Shown here: positions 50,292-59,217 of the stretch, piece by piece | How the letters are laid out: the number at the start of each line of letters is the position of its first letter | Numbering within the stretch: the first letter of the stretch is position 1 | Assembly (NCBI GenBank): GCA_902768735.1 | Contig: CACXMK010000007.1 | Location: 10,725 to 74,724, forward strand | Direction: 5' to 3' | Length of the DNA: 64,000 nucleotides | From: an uncultured Lachnospiraceae bacterium | Lineage (GTDB): Bacteria > Bacillota > Clostridia > Lachnospirales > Lachnospiraceae | The notes under the pieces: generated by a model | Databases searched by the model: none | The model's input: only the letters and a program-made list of their open reading frames with translations | What the model was told of the DNA's origin: nothing | Translations under genes and position numbers: made by a program

Positions 50292-51725
50292 ATGGCAAAC
50301 GACAGATATGTGAGCCCTCTCTCAGAGAGGTACGCAAGTAAAGAGATGCAGTATATCTTCTCCCCGGATATGAAGTTCAGGACGTGGAGAAAGCTGTGGA
50401 TCGCCCTCGCGGAGACGGAGCAGGAGCTGGGACTGCCGATCACGGATGAGCAGATCGCGGAACTCAGATCCCATGCAGATGATATCAATTACGAGGAAGC
50501 GAAAGCCAGAGAGAAGATCGTGCGCCACGACGTCATGAGCCATGTGTACGCATATGGCTTGCAGTGCCCGAAGGCCAAGGGGATCATTCACCTCGGCGCG
50601 ACAAGCTGCTATGTCGGCGACAATACAGATGTGATCATCATGCGTGAGGCGCTCCGCCTCGTCAGGAAGAAGCTGATCAATGTTTTGGCGGAGCTCGCAA
50701 AGTTCGCGGATGAGTATAAGAGCCTTCCGACGCTCGGTTTTACACATTTCCAGCCTGCACAGCCCACGACCGTAGGCAAGAGAGCGACCCTCTGGATGCA
50801 GGAGTTTTATGTGGCGCTTGGTGAAGTCGAGCACGTGCTGGCGGGATTAAAGCTTCTTGGCAGCAAGGGGACAACAGGCACACAGGCCTCCTTCCTTGAA
50901 CTGTTCGACGGCGACCTGGACAAAGTGGACCGCCTGGATCCGATGATCGCGGAGAAAATGGGATTTGACGCCTGCGTTCCGGTTTCCGGACAGACTTACC
51001 CCAGACTTGTGGATACGATCGTCCTGAACGCGCTCGGTATTGTCGCTTCCGCCGCGATGAAGATGGGGACGGACATCCGTCTTCTGCAGCATTTAAAAGA
51101 GGTTGAGGAGCCCTTTGAAAAGAGTCAGATCGGCTCGAGCGCGATGGCGTATAAGAGAAATCCGATGAGGAGTGAGAGGATCTGCTCGCTCTCCAGGTAT
51201 GTGATGATCGATGTGCTCAATCCGGCGGTGACAGCCGGAACGCAGTGGTTCGAGAGAACGCTGGACGACTCCGCGAATAAGAGGCTCTCTGTTCCGGAGG
51301 GATTTCTTGCGATCGACGGCGTCCTGGATCTGTGCCTCAATGTGACGGACGGCCTCAAGGTCTATCCCAAGGTCATTGAGAAACGCCTCATGTCCGAACT
51401 GCCTTTTATGGCGACAGAGAACATCATGATGGACGCCGTCAAGGCCGGAGGAGACAGGCAGGAGCTTCACGAGAGGATCCGCGAACTGTCTATGGAAGCC
51501 GGAAAGCGCGTCAAGGAAGAAGGAGAGGACAATAACCTTCTTGAACTGATCGCAGCGGATCCCGCATTCCATATGAATCTTGAAGAACTGAAGAAATCAA
51601 TGGATCCCGCAAAGTATATCGGCTGCGCGCCTCACCAGGTGGAGAGGTTCCTTGACGAAGTGATCAGGCCTCTTCTTAGGGCGAACAAAGAGATCCTCGG
51701 ACAGAAGGCGGAGATAAACGTGTAA
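50292..51725 (+). CDS. purB: adenylosuccinate lyase
   Basis: RHDV, HLGATS, THFQPAQ, GSSAMAYKRNPMRSE motifs. Confidence 0.96.
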   Translation: MANDRYVSPLSERYASKEMQYIFSPDMKFRTWRKLWIALAETEQELGLPITDEQIAELRSHADDINYEEAKAREKIVRHDVMSHVYAYGLQCPKAKGIIHLGATSCYVGDNTDVIIMREALRLVRKKLINVLAELAKFADEYKSLPTLGFTHFQPAQPTTVGKRATLWMQEFYVALGEVEHVLAGLKLLGSKGTTGTQASFLELFDGDLDKVDRLDPMIAEKMGFDACVPVSGQTYPRLVDTIVLNALGIVASAAMKMGTDIRLLQHLKEVEEPFEKSQIGSSAMAYKRNPMRSERICSLSRYVMIDVLNPAVTAGTQWFERTLDDSANKRLSVPEGFLAIDGVLDLCLNVTDGLKVYPKVIEKRLMSELPFMATENIMMDAVKAGGDRQELHERIRELSMEAGKRVKEEGEDNNLLELIAADPAFHMNLEELKKSMDPAKYIGCAPHQVERFLDEVIRPLLRANKEILGQKAEINV

Positions 51726-51761
51726 GATCCAGTGCTTCGGGACATGAGGCGCTGAGCTTAT

Positions 51762-51836
51762 CGTACATATATAACGCACATATACAATGTACATATATAA
51801 TGTATATATATTAAGTAGTAAATATTAAGTAGTAAA
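51762..51836 (+). repeat. four 13-bp repeats plus two 14-bp repeats between purB and purA
   Basis: cgtacatatataa / cgcacatatacaa / tgtacatatataa / tgtatatatatta, then TATTAAGTAGTAAA twice, ending at the RBS. Confidence 0.8.
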
Positions 51837-51846
51837 GGAGGCAAAT

Positions 51847-53142
51847 ATGGTTAAAGCTGTCGTGGGCGCTAACTGGGGAGACGAAGGAAAAGGCAAGATC
51901 ACGGATATGCTCGCCGATTCCGCAGACGTTGTTATCCGCTTTCAGGGCGGCGCAAACGCGGGCCATACGATCGTAAATAATTACGGAAAGTTCGCGCTCC
52001 ACACGCTCCCTTCTGGTGCCTTCCACCAGAACGTGATGAATATCATCGGAAACGGCGTGGCACTGAACATCCCGATCCTGTTCAGGGAGCTGCAGGAGAT
52101 CGAATCGAGAGGCGTTCCTGCGCCGCAGCTGATGATCTCTGACCGCTGCCAGATCGTGATGCCGTATCATATCCTGCTGGACAGGCTCGAGGAGGAGAGG
52201 CTGGCGGGAAAGTCGTTCGGTTCCACGCAGTCCGGGATCGCTCCTTTTTACTCTGATAAATACGCGAAGATCGGCTTCCAGGTCAACGAGCTGTTCCAGG
52301 ATGAATCGGTCCTGGCAGAAAAGATCAAGGGAGTCTGCGTCCGGAAAGATACCCTCCTGGTGCATCTTTACGGACAGGACCCGATCGATCAGGAGGAGCT
52401 GCTCGCAACACTTCTCACCTATCGCGACATGGTCGCTCCCTATGTGGGCAATGTTGCCGCATATCTGGAAAAAGCGATTAAAGAGAATAAGACGATCCTC
52501 CTTGAGGGACAGCTCGGCACAATGAAGGATCCCGACCACGGCATTTATCCCATGGTCACTTCCTCCAGCACGCTTGCGGCTTTCGGTGCGATCGGCGCGG
52601 GAATCCCGCCCTATGCGATAGGACAGATCGTCGTTGTCAACAAGGCCTACTCCTCGGCGGTCGGCGCGGGCGAGTTTACTTCCGAGATATTCGGAGACGA
52701 GGCGGAGGAACTCCGCAGAAGAGGCGGCGACGGCGGCGAGTACGGTGCGACCACCGGCAGGCCCCGCAGAGTCGGCTGGTATGACTGCGTCGCGTCAAAA
52801 TACGGATGCCGCCTGCAGGGCGCGACCGACGTGGCTTTCACTGTTTTGGATGTCCTTGGATATCTCGATGAGATCCCGGTCTGCATCGCCTATGACATCG
52901 ACGGCGAGACAACGACAGAGTTCCCGGTCACGCATCTTCTTGCGAAGGCAAAGCCTGTGTATAAAAAGCTCCCCGGATGGAAATGTGATATCCGCGGGAT
53001 CAGAAGATACGAGGATCTGCCGGAGAACTGCAGAAACTACATCGAATTCATTGAGCGCGAGATCGGATATCCGATCACCATGGTGTCCAACGGACCCGGA
53101 AGGGAGGACATCATCTACCGCGAGTCGGCGCTTCAAAAATGA
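51847..53142 (+). CDS. purA: adenylosuccinate synthetase
   Basis: WGDEGKGK, GGANAGHT, GATTGRPRRVGW motifs. Confidence 0.96.
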   Translation: MVKAVVGANWGDEGKGKITDMLADSADVVIRFQGGANAGHTIVNNYGKFALHTLPSGAFHQNVMNIIGNGVALNIPILFRELQEIESRGVPAPQLMISDRCQIVMPYHILLDRLEEERLAGKSFGSTQSGIAPFYSDKYAKIGFQVNELFQDESVLAEKIKGVCVRKDTLLVHLYGQDPIDQEELLATLLTYRDMVAPYVGNVAAYLEKAIKENKTILLEGQLGTMKDPDHGIYPMVTSSSTLAAFGAIGAGIPPYAIGQIVVVNKAYSSAVGAGEFTSEIFGDEAEELRRRGGDGGEYGATTGRPRRVGWYDCVASKYGCRLQGATDVAFTVLDVLGYLDEIPVCIAYDIDGETTTEFPVTHLLAKAKPVYKKLPGWKCDIRGIRRYEDLPENCRNYIEFIEREIGYPITMVSNGPGREDIIYRESALQK

Positions 53143-53186
53143 TATTTGAAAATAATAATTGAAGAAAACTATTTGGAGAGGAAGAA

Positions 53187-53471
53187 ATGGGTACAGACTA
53201 CAAACCGGAGCAGAATGCTTTGGAACAGGGAATTCCCGGGAAAACCGCAGAGCAGCAGGGAGCGGAAGGGAAATCCGCATGGACTGCCAAAAGAGTGGCC
53301 GCCATCATAGGGATCGTCCTTCTCGTTGGGCTCTATCTCCTCACGCTTGTCAGCGCGATCATCGGAACGGAGGGCTCCGGCCGGCTGTTTCGGTTCAGTC
53401 TCGGAATGACCATAGCGGTCCCGATCTTTCTGTGGATCTTTTTGTGGTGTCTGGGGAAATTTCACGAATAG
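53187..53471 (+). CDS. small two-TM hypothetical membrane protein
   Basis: GAGG RBS; two hydrophobic helices. Confidence 0.7.
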   Translation: MGTDYKPEQNALEQGIPGKTAEQQGAEGKSAWTAKRVAAIIGIVLLVGLYLLTLVSAIIGTEGSGRLFRFSLGMTIAVPIFLWIFLWCLGKFHE

Positions 53472-53528
53472 AACACCATTCATGAAATTGTTTTCGACAA
53501 AATCCGGTCGTAAAATTCGTTTTTCCGC

Positions 53529-53557
53529 TTGACAGCGGGCGGACGGAGTGTTATTTT
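53529..53557 (+). promoter_or_regulatory. promoter of infC-rpmI-rplT
   Basis: TTGACA-17 nt-TATTTT with an extended -10 TG. Confidence 0.7.
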
Positions 53558-53589
53558 ATCTAAGTACGTGTGGTGACACGTCATTGGTA

Positions 53590-53751
53590 CAATAAAGCAG
53601 AGTTACCGCTCTCACCCAACGGCGAAAGCTTTTGTGGTTAATACCAATCGTGATCTGAGGCAGTGTTTTGACCCGTTACAGGTGCTGAATATGCCGGAAC
53701 AGAAATGCGGTTTGTTGACAGCGGTGCAATGTGTGCCGCTGTTTTTATTTT
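53590..53751 (+). ncRNA. L20 leader (ribosomal protein autoregulatory RNA) with attenuator
   Basis: AGCAGAG..CCGCTCTCACC motif upstream of infC, then terminator ACAGCGG...CCGCTGT-TTTTATTTTT. Confidence 0.7.
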
Positions 53752-53776
53752 TGTTAAGGTTGTGGAGGGTACGGCA

Positions 53777-54298
53777 ATCAAAAACAATAACGACAATTTA
53801 TTCATCAATGAGCAGATCCGTGACAGGGAAGTCCGCGTGATCGGACCTGATGGCGAGATGCTCGGTATCATGTCCGCGCTCGAGGCGCGGAAACTTGCAG
53901 AAGAGGCAGAACTCGATCTGGTGAAGATCTCACCCGGCGCAAAGCCTCCTGTGTGCAAGATCATCGACTATGGCAAATACAAATATGAGAAGACCCGCAA
54001 AGAGAAAGATGCCAAGAAGAAGCAGCACACTGTAGAGATCAAAGAGATCCGCATGTCTCCGAATATTGATACGAACGATCTTCAGACGAAGATCAACGCG
54101 GCGAGGAAGTTCCTTACAAAGGGCGACCGCGTCAAAGTGACGCTCCGCTTCCGCGGACGCGAGATGGCCCACATGCAGCAGAGCGCGCATATCCTCACGG
54201 ATTTTGCCGATGCGCTCAAGGACTGCGCGATGGTCGACAAGACCCCTAAGGTAGAGGGGCGCAGCCTTACAATGTTTCTTGCCGGCAAGAAACAGTGA
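53777..54298 (+). CDS. infC: translation initiation factor IF-3 (non-AUG start, ATC)
   Basis: INEQIRDREVRVI, PPVCKIIDYGKYKYE, RFRGRE motifs; GGAGGG RBS 7 nt before an in-frame ATC. Confidence 0.93.
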   Translation: MKNNNDNLFINEQIRDREVRVIGPDGEMLGIMSALEARKLAEEAELDLVKISPGAKPPVCKIIDYGKYKYEKTRKEKDAKKKQHTVEIKEIRMSPNIDTNDLQTKINAARKFLTKGDRVKVTLRFRGREMAHMQQSAHILTDFADALKDCAMVDKTPKVEGRSLTMFLAGKKQ

Positions 54299-54472
54299 TC
54301 GGAAAGGACAGTCTGTCCGCGAAGATCGCCGATGCGGCAAAATACCGCCCAGCGCGGTGAGTCCGCAGCCGGTTTGAATAGAAAGTTCTGTCAGTTTCCT
54401 TTTTTGACAGACAGCGAGAACCGTAATCGAGGCGCAGAACGTATCTGCGTTTGGCAAAAGGAGGTAAATACA

Positions 54473-54670
54473 ATGCCCAAGATGAAAACTAAGAGAGCTG
54501 CTGCGAAGCGCTTCAAAATGACCGGCACCGGCAAGCTTATGAGATTCAAAGCCAATAAGCGCCACATCCTGACCAAGAAGACCACGAAGAGGAAGAGAGC
54601 CCTCAGAAAGCCTACTCTGGCCGACATCACCAACGTCAAGACAATGAAGAAGGTTATGCCTTATCTTTGA
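54473..54670 (+). CDS. rpmI: 50S ribosomal protein L35
   Basis: [21 protein letters not shown]; GGAGG RBS. Confidence 0.95.
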   Translation: MPKMKTKRAAAKRFKMTGTGKLMRFKANKRHILTKKTTKRKRALRKPTLADITNVKTMKKVMPYL

Positions 54671-54761
54671 TCTGACACCGATACGTAGAGAAAAACGAAA
54701 CGCGCAGGGAACCGGTATCGCACCGGCACTGTGCCTTACATAGAACGGAGGATAGATAAAA

Positions 54762-55038
54762 ATGGCCAGAATTAAAGGCGCTCTTAATGCGAGAAAGAAA
54801 CACAACAGAGTATTAAAGCTTGCCAAGGGCTACAGAGGAGCCAGGTCCAAGCAGTACTCTTTGGATCGTTCGTATCAACGCTGCAGCAAGAATGAACGGA
54901 ATCAGCTACAGCCAGCTGATGCACGGTCTCAAGGAAGCAGGCGTCGAGATCAACCGCAAGATGCTCGCTGAGCTCGCTGTCAATGACGCAGCAGGCTTCA
55001 CCGCTCTGACTGATGTCGCTAAGAAAGCGATCGCATAA
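54762..55038 (+). pseudogene. rplT: 50S ribosomal protein L20, interrupted by an internal deletion and frameshift
   Basis: One frame gives MARIKG...[12 protein letters not shown]; another gives [11 protein letters not shown]...[10 protein letters not shown]; the middle of L20 is absent. Confidence 0.88.
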
Positions 55039-55064
55039 TCACATAGAGTCATCATTTTGAACGG

Positions 55065-55117
55065 AAAAGGATGTTGTACGGACAGAAACAGATCTGTGGC
55101 GTGCGGCATCCTTTTTT
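55065..55117 (+). terminator. terminator after rplT
   Basis: AAAAGGATGTTGTACG...CGTGCGGCATCCTTTTTT stem with G-U pairs. Confidence 0.65.
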
Positions 55118-55236
55118 ACAGTGAGTTGTAAGCCTGAAGGGATTCCTCTGACGGATACAGTTTCGTATCTGTAATGGAGAAATGGGATTTGGCGGGGAAC
55201 CTTTAGGTTTTGCTCTGTTTTTTTATAAAAAAGGGC

Positions 55237-55265
55237 TTGCAATTCCCCGCACAACCATATATAAT
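55237..55265 (+). promoter_or_regulatory. promoter of tRNA-Pro(AGG)
   Basis: TTGCAA-17 nt-TATAAT with an A/T-rich upstream region. Confidence 0.8.
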
Positions 55266-55332
55266 AGCATTTGCCTGTTGAAAAGCAGGTACTTCTTAAT
55301 AGAAGTTATTAGAGAAGTTCTATTATGAAGAT

Positions 55333-55406
55333 CGGGGTGTAGCGCAGCTGGCTAGCGCACTTCGTTAGGGACGAAGGGGTCGTGGGTTCGAATCCCGTCA
55401 CTCCGA
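55333..55406 (+). tRNA. tRNA-Pro(AGG)
   Basis: CGGGGTG/CACTCCG-A acceptor (C1:G72, A73); anticodon arm CTTCG-TTAGGGA-CGAAG with AGG at 55367-55369; GTTCGAATC T-loop. Confidence 0.92.
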
Positions 55407-55413
55407 TTTAAAG

Positions 55414-55452
55414 AAACCGGGAAATGTGATCATCACATTTCCCGGTTTTTTT
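55414..55452 (+). terminator. terminator of tRNA-Pro(AGG)
   Basis: AAACCGGGAAATGTGAT-C-ATCACATTTCCCGGTTT plus a T run. Confidence 0.88.
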
Positions 55453-55625
55453 ATGCAAACGGAATTCTGTACAAACGTGTCGTATTTCGTGTTATCCTGT
55501 AATTGAAAAAAAATACGCAGCATACCTTTGGAATGCCGGAAGGGAATCCTGTTTCAAGTTAGTCAGTCAAAAGTGAATCTGCTGTTTGCAAGCCGAGTGG
55601 ACAAGAGGCGGAAAGGAAGTTGGAA

Positions 55626-56579
55626 ATGAAGATCGTAATCTTAAACGGAGCGAAAGTGAATTTTGACGGAATCATCGACTACAGCGTACTGGCAGAAGAA
55701 GGGGATGAACTTGTTGTCTGTGACATGTGCGAAGACCATGGATATACAGAAATCTCGGAGGGAGCGGAAGTTGTCATCAGCAAGGAACTTCCGATGAGCA
55801 GGGATGACATCATGGCTCTTCCGGACACAGTCAAACTCATCTGTGAAGCGGGAACAGGCTATAACAATATCGACCTGGAAGCCTGCCACGAGCGCGGGAT
55901 CGGCGTCTGCAATGTTCCTGCTTACAGCTCGGAGAGAGTCTCGCATACTGCAGTCATGCTGATGCTCATGCTGGCGTCTTCCATGCAGCGCCAGATCAGT
56001 ATGCTGGCTAAGGGTGATCACACGAACTTTGACAAATGCCTGTCAGTGCCGCACGTAGAGCTCAACGGAAAAACGCTTGGCGTTGTCGGGGCAGGCAATA
56101 TCGGTAAAAATACCATTGCCATCGGGCGGGCGCTCGGAATGAACGTCCTCGTCTTCAACAGAAGTCCCAGAGAGGATTCGGAAGGCGTGCACTATACGAG
56201 CCTGAAAGAGGTATTCAGGAATTCCGACTTTATCTCCCTGCATTGCCCTTTGACCGAGTCGACAAGGCACATGGTCAACCGTTATACCCTCGCGCTGATG
56301 AAGCCGAGCGCGTTCATCATCAATACGGCCCGCGGCGCTCTCATAAAAGAAGACGACCTGATCGAAGCTCTTAAAGAGGGCAGGATCGCCGGCGCCGGCC
56401 TTGACGTGCAGGAAGTGGAACCCCTCTCCGCAGACAGCCCGCTGTTTGCGCTTGACAATGTCATTGTGACGCCGCATATGGGATGGAAGGGACTTGAGAC
56501 CCGCCAGCGCCTTGTCTCGATCCTGAAAGATGGGATCGACGGTTATCGCAAGGGCAAAAGGGTGAACCGCGTCGATTAA
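55626..56579 (+). CDS. D-isomer-specific 2-hydroxyacid dehydrogenase (glycerate dehydrogenase-like)
   Basis: GTGYNNID, GAGNIG, SLHCPL, INTARG, LDV..EP, TPHMG motifs. Confidence 0.9.
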   Translation: MKIVILNGAKVNFDGIIDYSVLAEEGDELVVCDMCEDHGYTEISEGAEVVISKELPMSRDDIMALPDTVKLICEAGTGYNNIDLEACHERGIGVCNVPAYSSERVSHTAVMLMLMLASSMQRQISMLAKGDHTNFDKCLSVPHVELNGKTLGVVGAGNIGKNTIAIGRALGMNVLVFNRSPREDSEGVHYTSLKEVFRNSDFISLHCPLTESTRHMVNRYTLALMKPSAFIINTARGALIKEDDLIEALKEGRIAGAGLDVQEVEPLSADSPLFALDNVIVTPHMGWKGLETRQRLVSILKDGIDGYRKGKRVNRVD

Positions 56580-56609
56580 CAGAATGTAAGAGTTGATCTA
56601 GTTTGACAG

Positions 56610-56638
56610 ATGCTCCTCTATATAGAGGAGCATTTTTT
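56610..56638 (+). terminator. rho-independent terminator
   Basis: ATGCTCCTCTA-TA-TAGAGGAGCAT-TTTTT. Confidence 0.85.
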
Positions 56639-56717
56639 ACTCCATTTTCCGTTGCGCTATAAGACGACTGTGAGTATAATTTAAGCGTATTTTTTGTTTG
56701 CAAAAAGGAGAAAACAT

Positions 56718-57920
56718 ATGAGCAATACATATCGCAGAGTCGGCACAGTGGCAAGAGGCATCCGTTGCCCCATCATAAGGGAAGGAGACGATCTTTCCGT
56801 GATCGTGACAGACAGCGTGCTGAAAGCGGCGGAGAGCGAAGGCTTCGAACTCCGTGACCGCGACGTCATCGCCGTGACAGAGTCGATCGTAGCAAGAGCC
56901 CAGGGCAACTACTGCACAGTAGAGAATATCGCGGATGATGTCAGGGCAAAGCTTGGTGGTGAAACGATCGGCGTCATTTTGCCGATCCTGTCCCGCAACC
57001 GGTTCGCGATCTGCCTGCGCGGTATTGCAATGGGCGCAAAGAAAGTCGTTCTGATGCTGAGTTATCCTTCCGATGAAGTCGGAAATGAGCTCGTTAGCCT
57101 CGACAAGATCGATGAGGCGGGCGTAAACCCTTACAGCGATGTCCTTACTTTGAAAAAATACAGAGAGCTCTTCGGTGTCAACAGACATGAGTTTACGGGC
57201 GTCGACTATGTGGAGTATTATCAGGATCTCATTGAGTCCTGCGGAGCGGAGTGTGAGATCATCTTTGCGAATCAGCCGAAAGCGATCCTGGAGTATGCGG
57301 ACCACGTCCTCAACTGCGATATCCACACCAGAAAGCGCACCAAGAGGATCCTTCTCGCCGCAGGCGCGAAGAAAGTGTGCAGCCTTGACGAGATCATGAA
57401 CGCGCCGGTAAACGGTAGCGGCTACAACGAGCTGTACGGCCTTCTTGGTTCCAATAAGTCCACGGAAAACAAGGTAAAGCTCTTCCCCCGCGACAGCCTT
57501 GATCTGGTACTCGGCATCCAGGAAAAGATCCTGAAAGAGACCGGCAAGCACGTAGAAGTCATGGTCTACGGCGACGGCGCCTTCAAGGATCCCCAGGGTA
57601 AGATCTGGGAGCTTGCAGACCCGGTCGTTTCCCCGTTCTTTACGGACGGACTCATCGGAACGCCCAACGAGCTTAAGCTCAAGTATCTTGCGGATAACGA
57701 TTACAAGCATCTGTCCGGCGAGGAACTCCGTCAGGCGATCAAAGACAGCATCCGCCAGAAGGACGCGGACCTCAAGGGCAATATGGCTTCCCAGGGAACG
57801 ACGCCCCGCCAGCTGACAGATCTGATCGGTTCTCTCTGCGACCTGACCAGCGGCTCCGGCGACAAGGGCACGCCTGTCGTACTTGTACAGGGCTATTTTG
57901 ACAACTACACAAACGAATAA
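56718..57920 (+). CDS. coenzyme F420-0:L-glutamate ligase (CofE)-like protein
   Basis: PIIREGDDL, DVIAVTESIVARAQG and C-terminal DL..GSGDKGTPVVLVQG motifs. Confidence 0.75.
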   Translation: MSNTYRRVGTVARGIRCPIIREGDDLSVIVTDSVLKAAESEGFELRDRDVIAVTESIVARAQGNYCTVENIADDVRAKLGGETIGVILPILSRNRFAICLRGIAMGAKKVVLMLSYPSDEVGNELVSLDKIDEAGVNPYSDVLTLKKYRELFGVNRHEFTGVDYVEYYQDLIESCGAECEIIFANQPKAILEYADHVLNCDIHTRKRTKRILLAAGAKKVCSLDEIMNAPVNGSGYNELYGLLGSNKSTENKVKLFPRDSLDLVLGIQEKILKETGKHVEVMVYGDGAFKDPQGKIWELADPVVSPFFTDGLIGTPNELKLKYLADNDYKHLSGEELRQAIKDSIRQKDADLKGNMASQGTTPRQLTDLIGSLCDLTSGSGDKGTPVVLVQGYFDNYTNE

Positions 57921-57962
57921 AGCTGCACAAACGAATAACACAAACGAATAGCATGTAAGAAA

Positions 57963-59123
57963 ATGAAAAGAAACAGGCTAAGAGACAAAAAATGGTACAA
58001 CAATGCAGTGGCGATCCTGATCGGTGCTGTGGGATACGTTGCGCTTAGCCACATACCGGTGATCAACAAAGTGCTGGGCACTTTCATCGGTTATTTCAAG
58101 CCGGTCCTTCTGGGATGCGTGATCGCCTATCTGGTCCATCCGCTGGCGAGTCTTCTTGAGAGAAAAGTTTTCCATGGAATCAAAAAAGATTCCCTGCGGT
58201 GGACGCTGTCGATCTTCGCAGGGATGCTGGTGGTGGTCCTTCTCTTTTTGGGACTATTGCAGACGCTGATCCCGCAGCTGATCGAGAGTATCTCCAAGCT
58301 CATGAAAAACATGGACAGCTACATCGATGCGCTGCAGGGTATGCTTGAAAACGCGTATCTCTTTGGAATGAACCTGGGATCACAGACCGGGGGGCTCCTG
58401 AGTTCTTCGGAGGATGTGATCGATGCAGTATCGCAGATCCTGCAGAGTTCCATGAAGAGTATTCTCAGCGCGTCAGCAGGAATCGGCAGGAACATAGTGG
58501 ACTGGCTGCTTGCATTTGTCCTCTCGATCTATCTTCTGGGGGCGAAGGATAATCTGAAGAAGAACAGTTCCCGCCTCCTGGCAGCTCTGCTGCCGGAGAA
58601 TGCGTATCGCTCCGTAATGGTCTTTTTGAAGAAGTGCAACGAGATCCTTGTGCAGTATATCGTGTTCTCACTGATCGACGCGGTGATCGTCGGCGGGGCG
58701 ACTGCTGCTTTTATGCTGCTTACGCGAATGGATTACGTCGGACTGGTAGCCGTTGTCTGCGGCGTCACAAACCTGATCCCGAGTTTCGGTCCTATCATCG
58801 GAGGAGCGATCGGCGCGTTTATCCTGCTTCTGGTAAACCCTATCCATGCGCTCATATTTATCGCTTTTACGGCGGTCCTTCAGCTGCTCGACGGCTATGT
58901 GATCAAACCTAAGCTGTTCGGAGACTCTCTCGGCGTCTCAGGTCTGCTGATCCTGATCGCGATCATTGTCTTCGGAAATATCTTCGGCATCGTAGGTATT
59001 CTCCTTGCGATCCCGCTGGCGGCGATCCTTGACTTTGCCTATGAGCACAGCCTCCTTCCTTTTTTGGAAAGAAGAAGAAAGATGCTGGACGCGCCGGAGG
59101 AGACAATGGAATCCGGATCTTAA
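57963..59123 (+). CDS. AI-2E family transporter
   Basis: IAYLVHP, NLIPSFGPIIG, Q.LDGYVIKPKLFG, G.LLAIP motifs. Confidence 0.88.
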   Translation: MKRNRLRDKKWYNNAVAILIGAVGYVALSHIPVINKVLGTFIGYFKPVLLGCVIAYLVHPLASLLERKVFHGIKKDSLRWTLSIFAGMLVVVLLFLGLLQTLIPQLIESISKLMKNMDSYIDALQGMLENAYLFGMNLGSQTGGLLSSSEDVIDAVSQILQSSMKSILSASAGIGRNIVDWLLAFVLSIYLLGAKDNLKKNSSRLLAALLPENAYRSVMVFLKKCNEILVQYIVFSLIDAVIVGGATAAFMLLTRMDYVGLVAVVCGVTNLIPSFGPIIGGAIGAFILLLVNPIHALIFIAFTAVLQLLDGYVIKPKLFGDSLGVSGLLILIAIIVFGNIFGIVGILLAIPLAAILDFAYEHSLLPFLERRRKMLDAPEETMESGS

Positions 59124-59144
59124 TGATCGCAAAAGAATCATGGC

Positions 59145-59182
59145 AAAAAAGAGTCAGAAATCTGTTTTCTGGCTCTTTTTTT
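59145..59182 (+). terminator. terminator after the AI-2E gene
   Basis: AAAAAAGAGTCAGAAA...TTTCTGGCTCTTTTTTT. Confidence 0.75.
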
Positions 59183-59217
59183 GTTTACAATAGAGAGAAG
59201 AGAGGAGATGGAAACAT

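Noticed and set aside
53705-53776. ATG-started extension of IF-3
   Set aside because: It runs through the attenuator hairpin and lacks an RBS; the RBS points to ATC 53777.
55460-55620. Possible riboswitch upstream of the 2-hydroxyacid dehydrogenase gene
   Set aside because: I could not match glycine, ZTP, SAM or T-box consensus elements by eye; an Rfam scan would settle it.
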